Shown: positions 1-9,077, counted from the stretch's first letter. The stretch: DNA of 64,000 bases from Patescibacteria group bacterium (GCA_048538215.1 JBLYPV010000001.1:254196-318195); one strand, 5' to 3'. Notes: generated from the sequence alone by a model not told the origin. Numbers and translations: made by a program.

Positions 1-142
1 ATCGTACAGATGGCGACAACCTTATCACTCATGTGTACTTATTTGTTTAGAAAGTATTTTTTCATTATCTTTTCATGTGTCACATACTTACCATTATCTA
101 TTTCCTTAAAGTGCAACATAAGTGTACACTTTGGTGCAACTA

Positions 143-165
143 TTTAGGGACCGGGTCCCTAAGTG
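143..165. repeat. REP-like 23-nt palindrome (consensus ACTTAGGGACC[G/C]GGTCCCTAAGT), copy 1, overlapping the stop of the 159..554 gene
   Basis: Near-identical palindrome recurs at 29883, 30106 and 30606, flanking a RAYT gene. Confidence 0.8.
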
Positions 166-554
166 GTTTTCTGTTTCTTTTTGAAATCAATCACCGCCTT
201 TTGAGTAATGATTTTGACAATTACATTATTAGTGCTCGGTTGATTGTTGATATCATCCAGCAACATATCTGCCTTTTGGAGATGTACGAATTGCTTGTAA
301 CCATCATGGGTGAAAAATGAGATCAACTGCTCGGTAGTATCCAATAATTCTTCCCTGCCTCCATGGCGCTCGACAAAATCTCCTTGATTGACATACTTGG
401 TGGCAATAGCGGTGCGGAATGATTGATGCTCGGCTTCGTGACCAATCATCTGCTCGACCAGCGCATCCACATCTTCATTGATACTCGCGCGCAACCGAGT
501 AGAAAATTCCACTTCATCCCCTGCTGTAATAATATCTTGATAGCTGTATTTCAT
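159..554 (-). CDS. hypothetical protein (131 aa)
   Basis: Intact ORF; promoter-like TATAAT upstream; no recognisable family. Confidence 0.5.
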   Translation of the reverse strand: MKYSYQDIITAGDEVEFSTRLRASINEDVDALVEQMIGHEAEHQSFRTAIATKYVNQGDFVERHGGREELLDTTEQLISFFTHDGYKQFVHLQKADMLLDDINNQPSTNNVIVKIITQKAVIDFKKKQKTT

Positions 555-603
555 ATTTCACATTATACATATTTACACAAATACAAAACCACCTGAGAAT
601 GGT

Positions 604-631
604 TATCGTAGACCCGATGGGAGGAAGTTCG
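604..631. repeat. 26-nt motif GACCnnATGGGAGGAAGTTCGAACTT, copy 1 of 2 (second at 3139..3166)
   Basis: Direct repeat seen at two intergenic sites bracketing a 2.5-kb accessory block. Confidence 0.5.
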
Positions 632-690
632 AACTTTAATTTTACAAAACATTTGCATATAGATGTTTTGTAAAAAGTATCACCTCTACT

Positions 691-716
691 AAAAACACCC
701 ATAAGGGTGTTTTTAG
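691..716. terminator. bidirectional hairpin terminator (AAAACACCC-ATAA-GGGTGTTTT)
   Basis: Stem-loop with flanking A/T runs downstream of the 755..1450 gene. Confidence 0.6.
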
Positions 717-754
717 ATTTTTCTTGAGCATAACAATGCTTGTGTATGATTCTA

Positions 755-1450
755 TTATAACCCTACAGCGTTAACTCCATACTCTGCCTGTGCTTGAGTG
801 TAACCCTCGAATTTAAGTTGATCTATTAGACCACCCCTCGAAAAAGCTGATTGGTCTAGATATGTTTCAGCTGATTTTGCAGCTTGCTCATTCCAGTTTG
901 CCCCAGAATTATCTGCTCCGTAAACAGCATCAGCATTTGAGAATTGTTCAAATTCTAGTTGTTCAATCAATCCCTCACGAGAGAAAGCCATATTATCTAG
1001 ATACGCTTTTGCACTTCTGACTGCGTTTCTTTGGCTCACCGTCTCACCTGGTTGAGAATTATTATTTGATTCATTAGCTTGTTGGGTTTCAGATGGTGTA
1101 GTTGACACCTGATTATCCTCTTGCTCATCTACTGTGTTTTCAACTACAGTTTCAGCATCAGATTCTTCTTGAGTATTATTACTCATTTCTGTATCATTTT
1201 CTTGCTCGGGTTGTTCAGATTGTTCTTGCTCGTTAGTGGCAACTTCATTCGTTTGATTAGATTCTTCGTTTTTATCTTCAGACACTGGCATCAGTATAAT
1301 TATCGCTAGTGATGCTATTCCAAAAATTGTTCCCACTCCTTTACGAGTAGCCCAATTGCCCAATAGTTTCGAGAATACGCTTGGCTTGATCAAGCCCACA
1401 ATTAATGCACCTAGTGATAATATGAATAAAAAAGCTAGTAAGTTCGCCAT
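755..1450 (-). CDS. Ltp-family (phage superinfection-exclusion lipoprotein-like) repeat protein with N-terminal TM helix and acidic low-complexity linker
   Basis: Two tandem C-terminal repeats (NAVRSAKAYLDNMAFSREGLIEQLEFEQFS / AAKSAETYLDQSAFSRGGLIDQLKFEGYT) matching the Ltp repeat consensus; N-terminal hydrophobic helix. Confidence 0.7.
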   Translation of the reverse strand: MANLLAFLFILSLGALIVGLIKPSVFSKLLGNWATRKGVGTIFGIASLAIIILMPVSEDKNEESNQTNEVATNEQEQSEQPEQENDTEMSNNTQEESDAETVVENTVDEQEDNQVSTTPSETQQANESNNNSQPGETVSQRNAVRSAKAYLDNMAFSREGLIEQLEFEQFSNADAVYGADNSGANWNEQAAKSAETYLDQSAFSRGGLIDQLKFEGYTQAQAEYGVNAVGL

Positions 1451-1675
1451 AATTTTGTTTTATTTATGATTAATAATCTAACTATACAGGTTCGCAACAC
1501 TTTTTTCAAAATTATCTCCCACCTGTACTCGTACTAGTTCAATACCTGCTTGCTCGCAAATACGTAGTTTTCTCTATTAGTTTTTGCATAAGTGCAATCT
1601 ATAATTCTTCTGATACACTAAAGTGAGAATAAGATTATATAAGGACACCAAATTTATAAAATTAATATAAAGTTT

Positions 1676-2152
1676 ATGTTTTCAAAAAAAATATCAGAGA
1701 AAGATTGTACCAATCAGATAGCCCAAGCTATAGTGGACATAGTAGACGAATCTGTTGAAGATGAATCACATCCATTATATGAAGTTGTTGACAGAAAGGG
1801 TCAATTACTACTATTACTTCATATGCATTACATGGCATTAAGGGCAACTCAACAAGAATATTTAATATCGGGTTTGTTTTCTCATGTTGTTAATATTGAA
1901 TATCAACCAGACAACAAAGAAAACGCAATTGAGCTGGTAGAAAAAGTGAACGAACAAATCGAAGAGCTATACGAGAACAGTTTTGATGACGACGACAGGC
2001 TCGACTTAGTACTTTTATCTACTAAATTTGCATTAGTACATGTTGATGACGATATAGTTTCACAAATGATTGTTCTCAATTATATAAATGGTGTATGTCC
2101 AGAAATATTTGAATCAATGGGAGAGATAAAAGCAAATGTAGAAATTGTATAG
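1676..2152 (+). CDS. hypothetical acidic protein (158 aa)
   Basis: Intact ORF; no recognisable family. Confidence 0.5.
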   Translation: MFSKKISEKDCTNQIAQAIVDIVDESVEDESHPLYEVVDRKGQLLLLLHMHYMALRATQQEYLISGLFSHVVNIEYQPDNKENAIELVEKVNEQIEELYENSFDDDDRLDLVLLSTKFALVHVDDDIVSQMIVLNYINGVCPEIFESMGEIKANVEIV

Positions 2153-2154
2153 TT

Positions 2155-2313
2155 ATGATTATTAATATACTAGTGGCAATAATAGTTGGAGTTATTCTAG
2201 GAATAACAGGGGCAAAAGGAGGTTGGGTGGTGTTCTTTATGCTTTTTTCGATACTTGTAGTAGGTCCTTTTATTAACTATTTAATAAAACACTGGAATGA
2301 CCCAACTATATAA
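2155..2313 (+). CDS. small hydrophobic membrane protein (52 aa)
   Basis: ATG overlaps stop of upstream gene (TAGTTATG); two predicted TM segments; not in ORF track (<60 aa). Confidence 0.4.
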   Translation: MIINILVAIIVGVILGITGAKGGWVVFFMLFSILVVGPFINYLIKHWNDPTI

Positions 2314-2322
2314 ATATATATT

Positions 2323-2475
2323 ATGAACGATTTACTTTTCATGCTACTTGGCATGCCGCTATTATTTGCTATTTATTGCTTGGTGCCAGAGAAGTATAGC
2401 GGAACTAGTTGGTTTGCAATTAGTTTTTGGATTTTCGGTTGCATTTTCTCAATAATTATTTTTGGAAGGGTATGA
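2323..2475 (+). CDS. small hydrophobic membrane protein (50 aa)
   Basis: Short ORF directly after previous one, strongly hydrophobic. Confidence 0.35.
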   Translation: MNDLLFMLLGMPLLFAIYCLVPEKYSGTSWFAISFWIFGCIFSIIIFGRV

Positions 2476-2490
2476 TTAGCATAATTTGTT

Positions 2491-3000
2491 TTACTTGCAA
2501 TTCAAAACATTACCCACTAGTACTTGTATTAGCTCAATCCCAGCTTGTTCGCAAATACGGTCTTTCTTGTTGTCGGAATCTTTTTGCTTGTCTCCGTTGT
2601 GTGAGTAGCCATCGAGTTCGATAGCTTTCACTACTTCTCCAGAGCTTTTATCTACGAGTACAAAATCAATATGCCGAGATCGAATGGAGTTTCGTTTTAC
2701 TCTTTTGGTCTGCCAATCAAGTGTTGGTTTCACCTGTACAATATCCTCCAGCCTCACTTTTGAGAATAAGTAGTATTTACCCTTATTTTGTTTTTCCAGT
2801 TCAGAAAAAAATATGTATTCTGACTTAGTAAAAAATTTACCACGAGCTTCGTAATAACTGACGAGTTGATCTTTTTGTTTCTGTTCTTTATTTGAATTTT
2901 TATTTACCAAAACAATTGTCGCAAGAATCAAAAGTAAAACTGGCACAACTGTTACAAGTAAAGCCAAGACAATCAAGAAAAAATTAGTGAGTGCTTCCAT
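2491..3000 (-). CDS. DUF2726-domain protein (PD-(D/E)xK nuclease-like) with N-terminal TM helix
   Basis: C-terminal motif RHIDFVLVDK...AIELDGYSH...RICEQAGIELIQV matches DUF2726 pattern; N-terminal hydrophobic segment. Confidence 0.6.
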   Translation of the reverse strand: MEALTNFFLIVLALLVTVVPVLLLILATIVLVNKNSNKEQKQKDQLVSYYEARGKFFTKSEYIFFSELEKQNKGKYYLFSKVRLEDIVQVKPTLDWQTKRVKRNSIRSRHIDFVLVDKSSGEVVKAIELDGYSHNGDKQKDSDNKKDRICEQAGIELIQVLVGNVLNCK

Positions 3001-3138
3001 GTATGTATATTATACTAGCATATAACATTTATATTCTTTGTATAGAAATATACATCAGTACAACGTCGGCTTAGACCCGACACGCAATGATTCACTCTAC
3101 CCAAATAAAAAGACAGCCTCTAGTGCCTGTTTTTTGTT

Positions 3139-3166
3139 GTGGACCTTATGGGAGGAAGTTCGAACT
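3139..3166. repeat. 26-nt motif GACCnnATGGGAGGAAGTTCGAACTT, copy 2
   Basis: Matches 604..631 at 24/26 positions. Confidence 0.5.
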
Positions 3167-3274
3167 TATCATCTATAAACTATATATGTTTGACATATAA
3201 ATACTTTTATTATAATCTAGCCCATCTAGGAATATCTCCTAGTCAAACGAAATACACAATCAGGAGAACGTGTA

Positions 3275-3499
3275 ATGCCCAGCAAAAACAGATCTTTCCG
3301 CTTCGGTGTGCCCGACGACAAGTTCAAGAAGAGCAACTGGTCGAAGAACAATCCGAAGACCTGCGTCGAGGTCGCTTCCGTCGACGAAGGCGTCGCCGTG
3401 CGTGACAGCAAGGACCCGGACAAGGGTGCTCTTTACTTCACCCACGCTGAATGGTCGGCCTTCACTGCTGGCGTCAAGGACGGCGAGTTCGACTACTAA
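3275..3499 (+). CDS. DUF397 domain protein (actinobacterial-type), GC-rich foreign gene
   Basis: Sequence ...CVEVASVDEGVAVRDSKDPDKGALYFTHAEWSAFTAGVKDGEFDY matches the Streptomyces DUF397 consensus; about 60% GC in an AT-rich context; AGGAGA RBS 8 nt upstream. Confidence 0.8.
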   Translation: MPSKNRSFRFGVPDDKFKKSNWSKNNPKTCVEVASVDEGVAVRDSKDPDKGALYFTHAEWSAFTAGVKDGEFDY

Positions 3500-3522
3500 C
3501 CTTGGTCGAAGTCGAATCAATC

Positions 3523-3556
3523 GAGCGGCGGAAACTCTCCGCCGCTCTTTATTTTC
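3523..3556 (+). terminator. rho-independent terminator (GAGCGGCGG-AAACTCT-CCGCCGCTC + T run)
   Basis: GC hairpin followed by TTTATTTTC directly after the DUF397 gene. Confidence 0.75.
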
Positions 3557-3569
3557 TAAATACAATTTT

Positions 3570-4055
3570 ATGCAAAGACATTTATACATCATTCCCGGCC
3601 TTGGAGATACCCCTCATGAGTCATCATACGAAGGTATTGCTTCTAAGGCTCAAAACCTAGGATATACAATTCACCCAATTGAAATTGATTGGAGTAAGCC
3701 TTTGTCTTTGCAAAAATTTTCAGTAGAACAAAACGCTACTATATTTGGTTTTTCTCTTGGGGCATTACTGGCTCATCTTATTGCACAAGAATCTCCAGTA
3801 GAACATATCATTCTTGCTTCGATGACTCCGTTTTATAGCTTTACTGATCCTGAGATTAAACAAGCTCTTGTTGAACTCCTTGGTAAAGATTTTGTCGAAG
3901 ACTTAGAACAAAATCTGCAAGGTACAAATCAGGCAAAGAAAATTACTACAATGTATGGTGATCAAGAAGAGGAAGATGCAGATGTTTTAGTACCAGATAC
4001 TGAGCATGAACTGACAGATAATTATATCGAAAGTATCGTAAAACTTCTCTCGTAA
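3570..4055 (+). CDS. alpha/beta-hydrolase-like esterase/lipase (161 aa)
   Basis: GFSLG (GxSxG) nucleophile elbow; the 3306..4055 ORF is a spurious N-terminal extension across the DUF397 gene in another frame. Confidence 0.6.
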   Translation: MQRHLYIIPGLGDTPHESSYEGIASKAQNLGYTIHPIEIDWSKPLSLQKFSVEQNATIFGFSLGALLAHLIAQESPVEHIILASMTPFYSFTDPEIKQALVELLGKDFVEDLEQNLQGTNQAKKITTMYGDQEEEDADVLVPDTEHELTDNYIESIVKLLS

Positions 4056-4105
4056 AACTTTTACTAAAAATTAAAACACTCATCTGAGTGTTTTAATTTT
4101 TGCTG

Positions 4106-4178
4106 TGGACCTGACAAGACTCGAACTTGCCACCTTCCGCGTGCAAGGCGGACGCTCTACCAGATGAGCTACAGGCCC
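4106..4178 (-). tRNA. tRNA-Ala (anticodon UGC)
   Basis: Cloverleaf GGGCCTG/TA/GCTC..GAGC/ anticodon stem TCCGC-CTTGCAC-GCGGA / T-arm GCAAG-TTCGAGT-CTTGT / discriminator A. Confidence 0.85.
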
Positions 4179-4274
4179 AAATATTTTAAACACAGCGTAT
4201 GAGCACCTAATCTCCAAATTACTGTGACCAAAATTGGTACAAGCATTATATACATTTCACGAATGGATGCAATC

Positions 4275-5531
4275 CTATTTATTCAAATACTCTTGCACCA
4301 AGTATTGCCTATCTCTCGGATCAATGATTTGCTCAAGTGCTTGTTCCATATGGATAGCATGCCTCGACCCTTTTGCCAAAATATAATCACGATGTTTTAT
4401 TTCCCGCTTGAGATACGCTCCCGCTTCACGAGCAGTATCAAAGCATACAGCTTGGGTATTACTCATCCCCGCTTCCTGCGCAGCCTGACAAGCACGCTTA
4501 CCCTCCTCCCCTACCGTGAGAAAAATATCAACAATCTGCGAAGCTTGCTTACCTACTTGTATGTGAGTTTCTTCCGTATGCTCTCCAAGCTCACTCATAT
4601 CTCCAAAAAGAAATATTCGCCGTGCGGGAGCTTCTACCTGTTTAAACATTTCAAGAGCTGCTTGTACCGCAATTGGTGAAGCATTATATGAATCATCTAT
4701 AATGACGCTACTCCGAGTACCTCGCAATAATCGACTACGCCCTGGAGCTGGGTGATAATGGCGAGAAAAATTATCTACTGCCAATTCTGCATCTAATCCT
4801 AAAATACTCACTACTTCAAGCCCCAAACGATACGAGTTTATAATCGGTCTTGACCATACTCCTGGTATCCTCATAGGGAGCCATTTACCCCGATGATGGA
4901 TTTGAGCCTCGGTGCCGTATGGGGTAAAGCGCAGTTGCCGTACCGATCCTTCATTTGAAGCGATGGCTATAGATCTATCACTAAAAGATCCCAAAACCCG
5001 GGCAAGAATTATATCATCTGATGGATACACAATTACCCCATCTTCTCGAGTATAGAGCGCAAGTGATTTTTTCTCATCATACAATTGTTGCTTAGAATCA
5101 AAATATTCTAAATGTACTGGATAGCGTGCCAAGGCGGTAAAGACGGCAATATGTGGTTTAATCCACCTCGCTTGGGAAGAAATATCCCCAGGTGCTCCCG
5201 CCCCTAATTCTAAGATAAGCACTCGAGGATAAGAAAAGCTTAGTAATTGCCAAAAGGCTCGGATAATAATACCCATCCATACAAGGATGCGCAACTCCTT
5301 ATTTTGTACCTCGATACCTAAGATCGAAAGTGGTGTAGTAAGCTCACTATTTTGAGAACGAATAGTAGCTCGTACACTACGAGAGCTTGCCACAAGTGAA
5401 CGCACAACATCTTTGGTCGTTGTCTTTCCTACCGAGCCAGTAATAGCTACGATTTGGGGGTGATGAATAGCTAGCACTATACGCGCTAGTGTCCGAAAGT
5501 ACCAGGAAAAGATTTTGTATAAAATTTTCAT
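4275..5531 (-). CDS. murF: UDP-N-acetylmuramoyl-tripeptide--D-alanyl-D-alanine ligase
   Basis: ITGSVGKTTTK P-loop, DDSYNASP motif, Mur ligase architecture. Confidence 0.85.
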   Translation of the reverse strand: MKILYKIFSWYFRTLARIVLAIHHPQIVAITGSVGKTTTKDVVRSLVASSRSVRATIRSQNSELTTPLSILGIEVQNKELRILVWMGIIIRAFWQLLSFSYPRVLILELGAGAPGDISSQARWIKPHIAVFTALARYPVHLEYFDSKQQLYDEKKSLALYTREDGVIVYPSDDIILARVLGSFSDRSIAIASNEGSVRQLRFTPYGTEAQIHHRGKWLPMRIPGVWSRPIINSYRLGLEVVSILGLDAELAVDNFSRHYHPAPGRSRLLRGTRSSVIIDDSYNASPIAVQAALEMFKQVEAPARRIFLFGDMSELGEHTEETHIQVGKQASQIVDIFLTVGEEGKRACQAAQEAGMSNTQAVCFDTAREAGAYLKREIKHRDYILAKGSRHAIHMEQALEQIIDPRDRQYLVQEYLNK

Positions 5532-5534
5532 ACA

Positions 5535-6494
5535 TTATATTTTACGAGCGATAATATGCTCACAAAATTCTTGTAGGGTGATCCCTACTGCCTCGAGCTC
5601 TTGTGGCAAAAGCGAAGTATTTGCCATCCCTGGCAAGGTATTGACCTCAAGTACAAAAATGCCACGGCTAGGATGAATAATAAAATCAGTGCGAGAATAA
5701 TCATCAAGGCCAAGAATTTGATGCACCCGAATCGCTAATGCTTCTAATTCTTGCTTCACCTCATCACTAAATGAGCTCGGACAAATTTCTTCTACCGCTC
5801 CTTCATACTTGGCTTCATAATCAAAAAATTCTTTGCTTGGTACAATCTCTACTGCCGGTAATGCATAATATTCAATATCACGCATACCTTGTACCACTCC
5901 TACAGTGGCTTCGCAATTACCAATATACTCTTCTGCAAGTATATGCCTTGCCCCTATTTCAATCGCTTGCTCTATTGCAGAAAGTGTCTCCTCAAAAGTA
6001 TGGGCGATACTTACTCCCAAAGATGAGCCACCCCTATCTGGCTTGATGACACAGGGTTGTGGTATGTCACGAAAAATATGCTCAGCTATCGATTTAGCCT
6101 TGGAGCCTTTAGTATCATAACGCTTGTAGGTAGGTGTTTTAATGCCGTGCTTTTCAAATAAATCTTTAGTAGCTCCTTTCGAAAAAGCAATTTGCGAGCT
6201 TATGGCATCACTACCATTGTAGGGGACACGATGCTCATCAAGAATTCGTTGTAATGTGCCATCCTCCATATATGTACCGTGCCCAGCTATCCAAGCATAA
6301 TCTGCCCATAAAAGCGCTTGCCCAACCTCTACCTCCTTCCCATCTCGTAGCCATTTCGCCTCGGGGGTAACTTCTATACTCTGTATGTTGTAATCCGCTC
6401 CTTCTAGGGCACGAGTAATAGCATCGTATGATTTCAATGATACTTCTCGCTCTTGATCTACTCCTCCATAAAAAATAATTAGCTGGGGCTTCAT
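5535..6494 (-). CDS. ddl: D-alanine--D-alanine ligase
   Basis: ATP-grasp fold, EVNTLPG motif, immediately upstream of murF. Confidence 0.85.
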   Translation of the reverse strand: MKPQLIIFYGGVDQEREVSLKSYDAITRALEGADYNIQSIEVTPEAKWLRDGKEVEVGQALLWADYAWIAGHGTYMEDGTLQRILDEHRVPYNGSDAISSQIAFSKGATKDLFEKHGIKTPTYKRYDTKGSKAKSIAEHIFRDIPQPCVIKPDRGGSSLGVSIAHTFEETLSAIEQAIEIGARHILAEEYIGNCEATVGVVQGMRDIEYYALPAVEIVPSKEFFDYEAKYEGAVEEICPSSFSDEVKQELEALAIRVHQILGLDDYSRTDFIIHPSRGIFVLEVNTLPGMANTSLLPQELEAVGITLQEFCEHIIARKI

Positions 6495-6575
6495 AGATAT
6501 ATACTAGCAGTTTGCAAAGGGTAATTCTAGAGTTGACTATTGATAGAAAATATATATACTACCAAGTAATGGATT

Positions 6576-6653
6576 GGCTGAGCGGAGCTCCCTTCCGCTC
6601 AGCCAAGCTGGGGCGCCACACACCCTGTCCCCGCAAGCCAAGTGGCGCCCCAG
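6576..6653. other. two tandem GC-rich perfect hairpins (11-bp and 13-bp stems) in the uvrC-ddl intergenic region
   Basis: GGCTGAGCGGA...TCCGCTCAGCC and GCTGGGGCGCCAC...GTGGCGCCCCAGC. Confidence 0.6.
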
Positions 6654-6688
6654 CATCGATCATTCTCTCGCCTCATTGGGCGAGATTT

Positions 6689-7927
6689 TTATTTTTTATC
6701 TTTTTTCTTAGTAAAATATCTAGCTCGTAGCTCTCGATGATATTCCACTGCAAATCGATGTGCTTCACTGTTGGCAAGTAAAATTGCCCTGCGATACGCT
6801 TGTACTAATTCTCGTGACCCAAGAATCTGAGCTACCTTGTGCCGCTCATCTTTTTTACACGCTACCACCTTGATATCTTTGCTTATATCTAGTGAATCAA
6901 TAAAGCGCTCTACTGTGCGCTTTTGTGCCACTGATCCATCAGCTACAATAAGCTTGGGAAGCTCCCACTCGGGATGACCAAAGCGCCTCGTAAGTAATTC
7001 TTGGAGCGCCCGATTATCATCACTTCCCTCAAATGATTTGATACGAAATTTTCGATATTCACTCTTATCAATTTCACCATCATATAGCACCGTCATCACT
7101 CCTACTGCATACTTGCCTTGTAGATGTGCTACATCATAGGCCTCAATACGCATCCCCGTACGTGATATGTGGTGAGTATCGTCGCCAATAAGTGCCACAT
7201 CTCGAATATGATTGAGTGCAAAGACGCGATTCTTGATCTCCTCAGCTTTTTCGAAAGCTTCATCTTTAGCATATTTCATCATTTGCTTTTCCAGCTCACG
7301 CAATATTCGTTGTTTTTTACCTTCAAAAAATAATTTGATGTGATTAATATTTTTTCTATACTCATCTTTATTCATACGAGTACCCGGCGCCAAGCCCATC
7401 TGCTCATAAATATTCGATTGATCATCATAGCCGAATCGTTTGGTGTAGAAAGGAAAAATTTTACGAATAATCTTGAGTGCTTGCTCGAGAGTATGCCGTG
7501 ATGAAAATGGACCAAAAGAATATAGTATTTTTTCTTGCACCTTTCCTTCAAGAATTTCTTTATGGCGTTTAATAATGAGGCGTGGAAAATCTTCTTTGGT
7601 AATAATAAGATAAACAAATGATCGATCAGATTTGCCATCACTATTGTATGGTGGCTGATACTTTTGTATCAAATGTGCTTCAAGAGTACTATCTCGCTCT
7701 ATATATTCAATACGAGTAATTTGAGTGATCATTGTGGCAATAAGTGGCCCTCGCTTTTCTTGCATATCTCCATAAAAATATGAAGACACTCGGGTACGCA
7801 AATTAGTAGCTTTGCCAATATACAATATCTCATTTTTCTCATTCAGAAAAAAATATACTCCACTCGTTTGTGGGAGCATAGCACGATCTTCTGCTTGTAC
7901 ACTCGAGCGTTCTTTCATACAAAGCAT
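6689..7927 (-). CDS. uvrC: excinuclease ABC subunit C (short form, GIY-YIG plus endonuclease domain)
   Basis: N-terminal GVYFF..ILYIGKATNLRTRV GIY-YIG motif; true start may be the internal Met (MLPQTSGVYFF). Confidence 0.8.
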   Translation of the reverse strand: MLCMKERSSVQAEDRAMLPQTSGVYFFLNEKNEILYIGKATNLRTRVSSYFYGDMQEKRGPLIATMITQITRIEYIERDSTLEAHLIQKYQPPYNSDGKSDRSFVYLIITKEDFPRLIIKRHKEILEGKVQEKILYSFGPFSSRHTLEQALKIIRKIFPFYTKRFGYDDQSNIYEQMGLAPGTRMNKDEYRKNINHIKLFFEGKKQRILRELEKQMMKYAKDEAFEKAEEIKNRVFALNHIRDVALIGDDTHHISRTGMRIEAYDVAHLQGKYAVGVMTVLYDGEIDKSEYRKFRIKSFEGSDDNRALQELLTRRFGHPEWELPKLIVADGSVAQKRTVERFIDSLDISKDIKVVACKKDERHKVAQILGSRELVQAYRRAILLANSEAHRFAVEYHRELRARYFTKKKDKK

Positions 7928-8012
7928 TATAGCAAATTAAGCTCTTGCTTTAATTTAAATGAAAATACCCCTAGAAAAACTATACATGCGCACGTCCCTA
8001 TTGGCACATAAA

Positions 8013-9077
8013 CTAATCCTCTTCTTTTTCTTCCTCTTCGCTCCGCGATGCTTGTGATTCAAGAAATTGAGAAAGTACACATGCACACTGTGCAATAGAT
8101 TCATCATCAAGAATACTTGTAGTGACCACCTCTCTATTTATCATTTCTTTCAAAAGGGCTTGGGCTTGTTTCGCTTCTTCGGCGCTCACCACATCACTCT
8201 TACTCAAAATTACTAATTCACTCTTATCAAGTAGCTCAGGAGAATACTCCCCTAGCTCATTACGAATATCTTTGTAAGCTTTATGCAGAGCATCTACTCC
8301 TCCTTGTTCATAATGCTCAAATGATACAAGGTGAACAATTGCCCGTGTACGACGAATGTGTCGTAAAAATTTATGCCCCAATCCTCGTCCCTGAGAAGCA
8401 CCCTCGATAAGCCCAGGAATATCAGCAAGCACATAGCCGTGAAACATCCCAAGTCCGGGCTCTAGGGTGGTAAAAGGATACTCGGCCTCCTTCATACGAC
8501 TACCGGTGAGCGCATTTACCAGTGATGATTTTCCAGCTGATGGAAAGCCTACAAATCCTACATCTACCAAAAGCTGAAGTTCAATATAAAATTCTGCCTC
8601 CTCTCCCTTTTTGCCATCAGTCTGCTCATAAGGAGTAGTATTTACCGATGATTTAAAGTGCTCATTTCCATATCCCCCTCGCCCTCCACGGAGAGCTAGG
8701 TGTTCTTCGCCAAGATTGAGCAGACTAAAGCTTTCCCCCGTCTCCCGATTGGTGATAATCGATCCGATGGGGACTTCGATATACATAGGGTCTTGATTTG
8801 CCCCCGCCTTACTATTACGCATACCATCTCCCCCATTTTTTGCTTTGAAATTTGGATTACCACTATAATCTGCAAGCCGAGTAAGATCTTGGACAGCACG
8901 AAAATACACATCGCCACCGTTGCCACCGTTGCCACCAGCAGGGCCTCCCTTTGGGCGATACTTTTCTTTACGCCAGGATACAATACCGTTGCCACCATCT
9001 CCGGCTTTTGCGTATATCGTTAGTTCATCTACAAAACTCATAGCCGATAGTATAAAGGCAGTATCGATAAAACACAA
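8013..9077 (-). CDS. obg: GTPase Obg/CgtA
   Basis: N-terminal Obg fold (FVDELTIYAKAGDGGNG, glycine-rich GGNGGNGGDVY) plus GTPase G motifs; true start likely MSFVDEL. Confidence 0.9.
   Translation of the reverse strand: MCFIDTAFILSAMSFVDELTIYAKAGDGGNGIVSWRKEKYRPKGGPAGGNGGNGGDVYFRAVQDLTRLADYSGNPNFKAKNGGDGMRNSKAGANQDPMYIEVPIGSIITNRETGESFSLLNLGEEHLALRGGRGGYGNEHFKSSVNTTPYEQTDGKKGEEAEFYIELQLLVDVGFVGFPSAGKSSLVNALTGSRMKEAEYPFTTLEPGLGMFHGYVLADIPGLIEGASQGRGLGHKFLRHIRRTRAIVHLVSFEHYEQGGVDALHKAYKDIRNELGEYSPELLDKSELVILSKSDVVSAEEAKQAQALLKEMINREVVTTSILDDESIAQCACVLSQFLESQASRSEEEEKEED

Noticed and set aside
75-320. 81-aa plus-strand ORF spanning the REP palindrome
   Set aside because: It overlaps the minus-strand gene and the REP. 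It has no RBS and a low-complexity product.
601-640. tRNA-like look of GGAAGTTCGAACTTCC (GTTCGAA T-loop-like) in the 26-nt repeats
   Set aside because: Only a 3-bp palindrome flanks TTCGAA. No acceptor, D or anticodon arms can be built on either strand.
3306-3569. ORF-track 249-aa ORF beginning at 3306
   Set aside because: The first 88 codons are a GC-rich Arg/Ser/Thr-rich read-through of the DUF397 gene in another frame. The real hydrolase gene starts at the Met at 3570.
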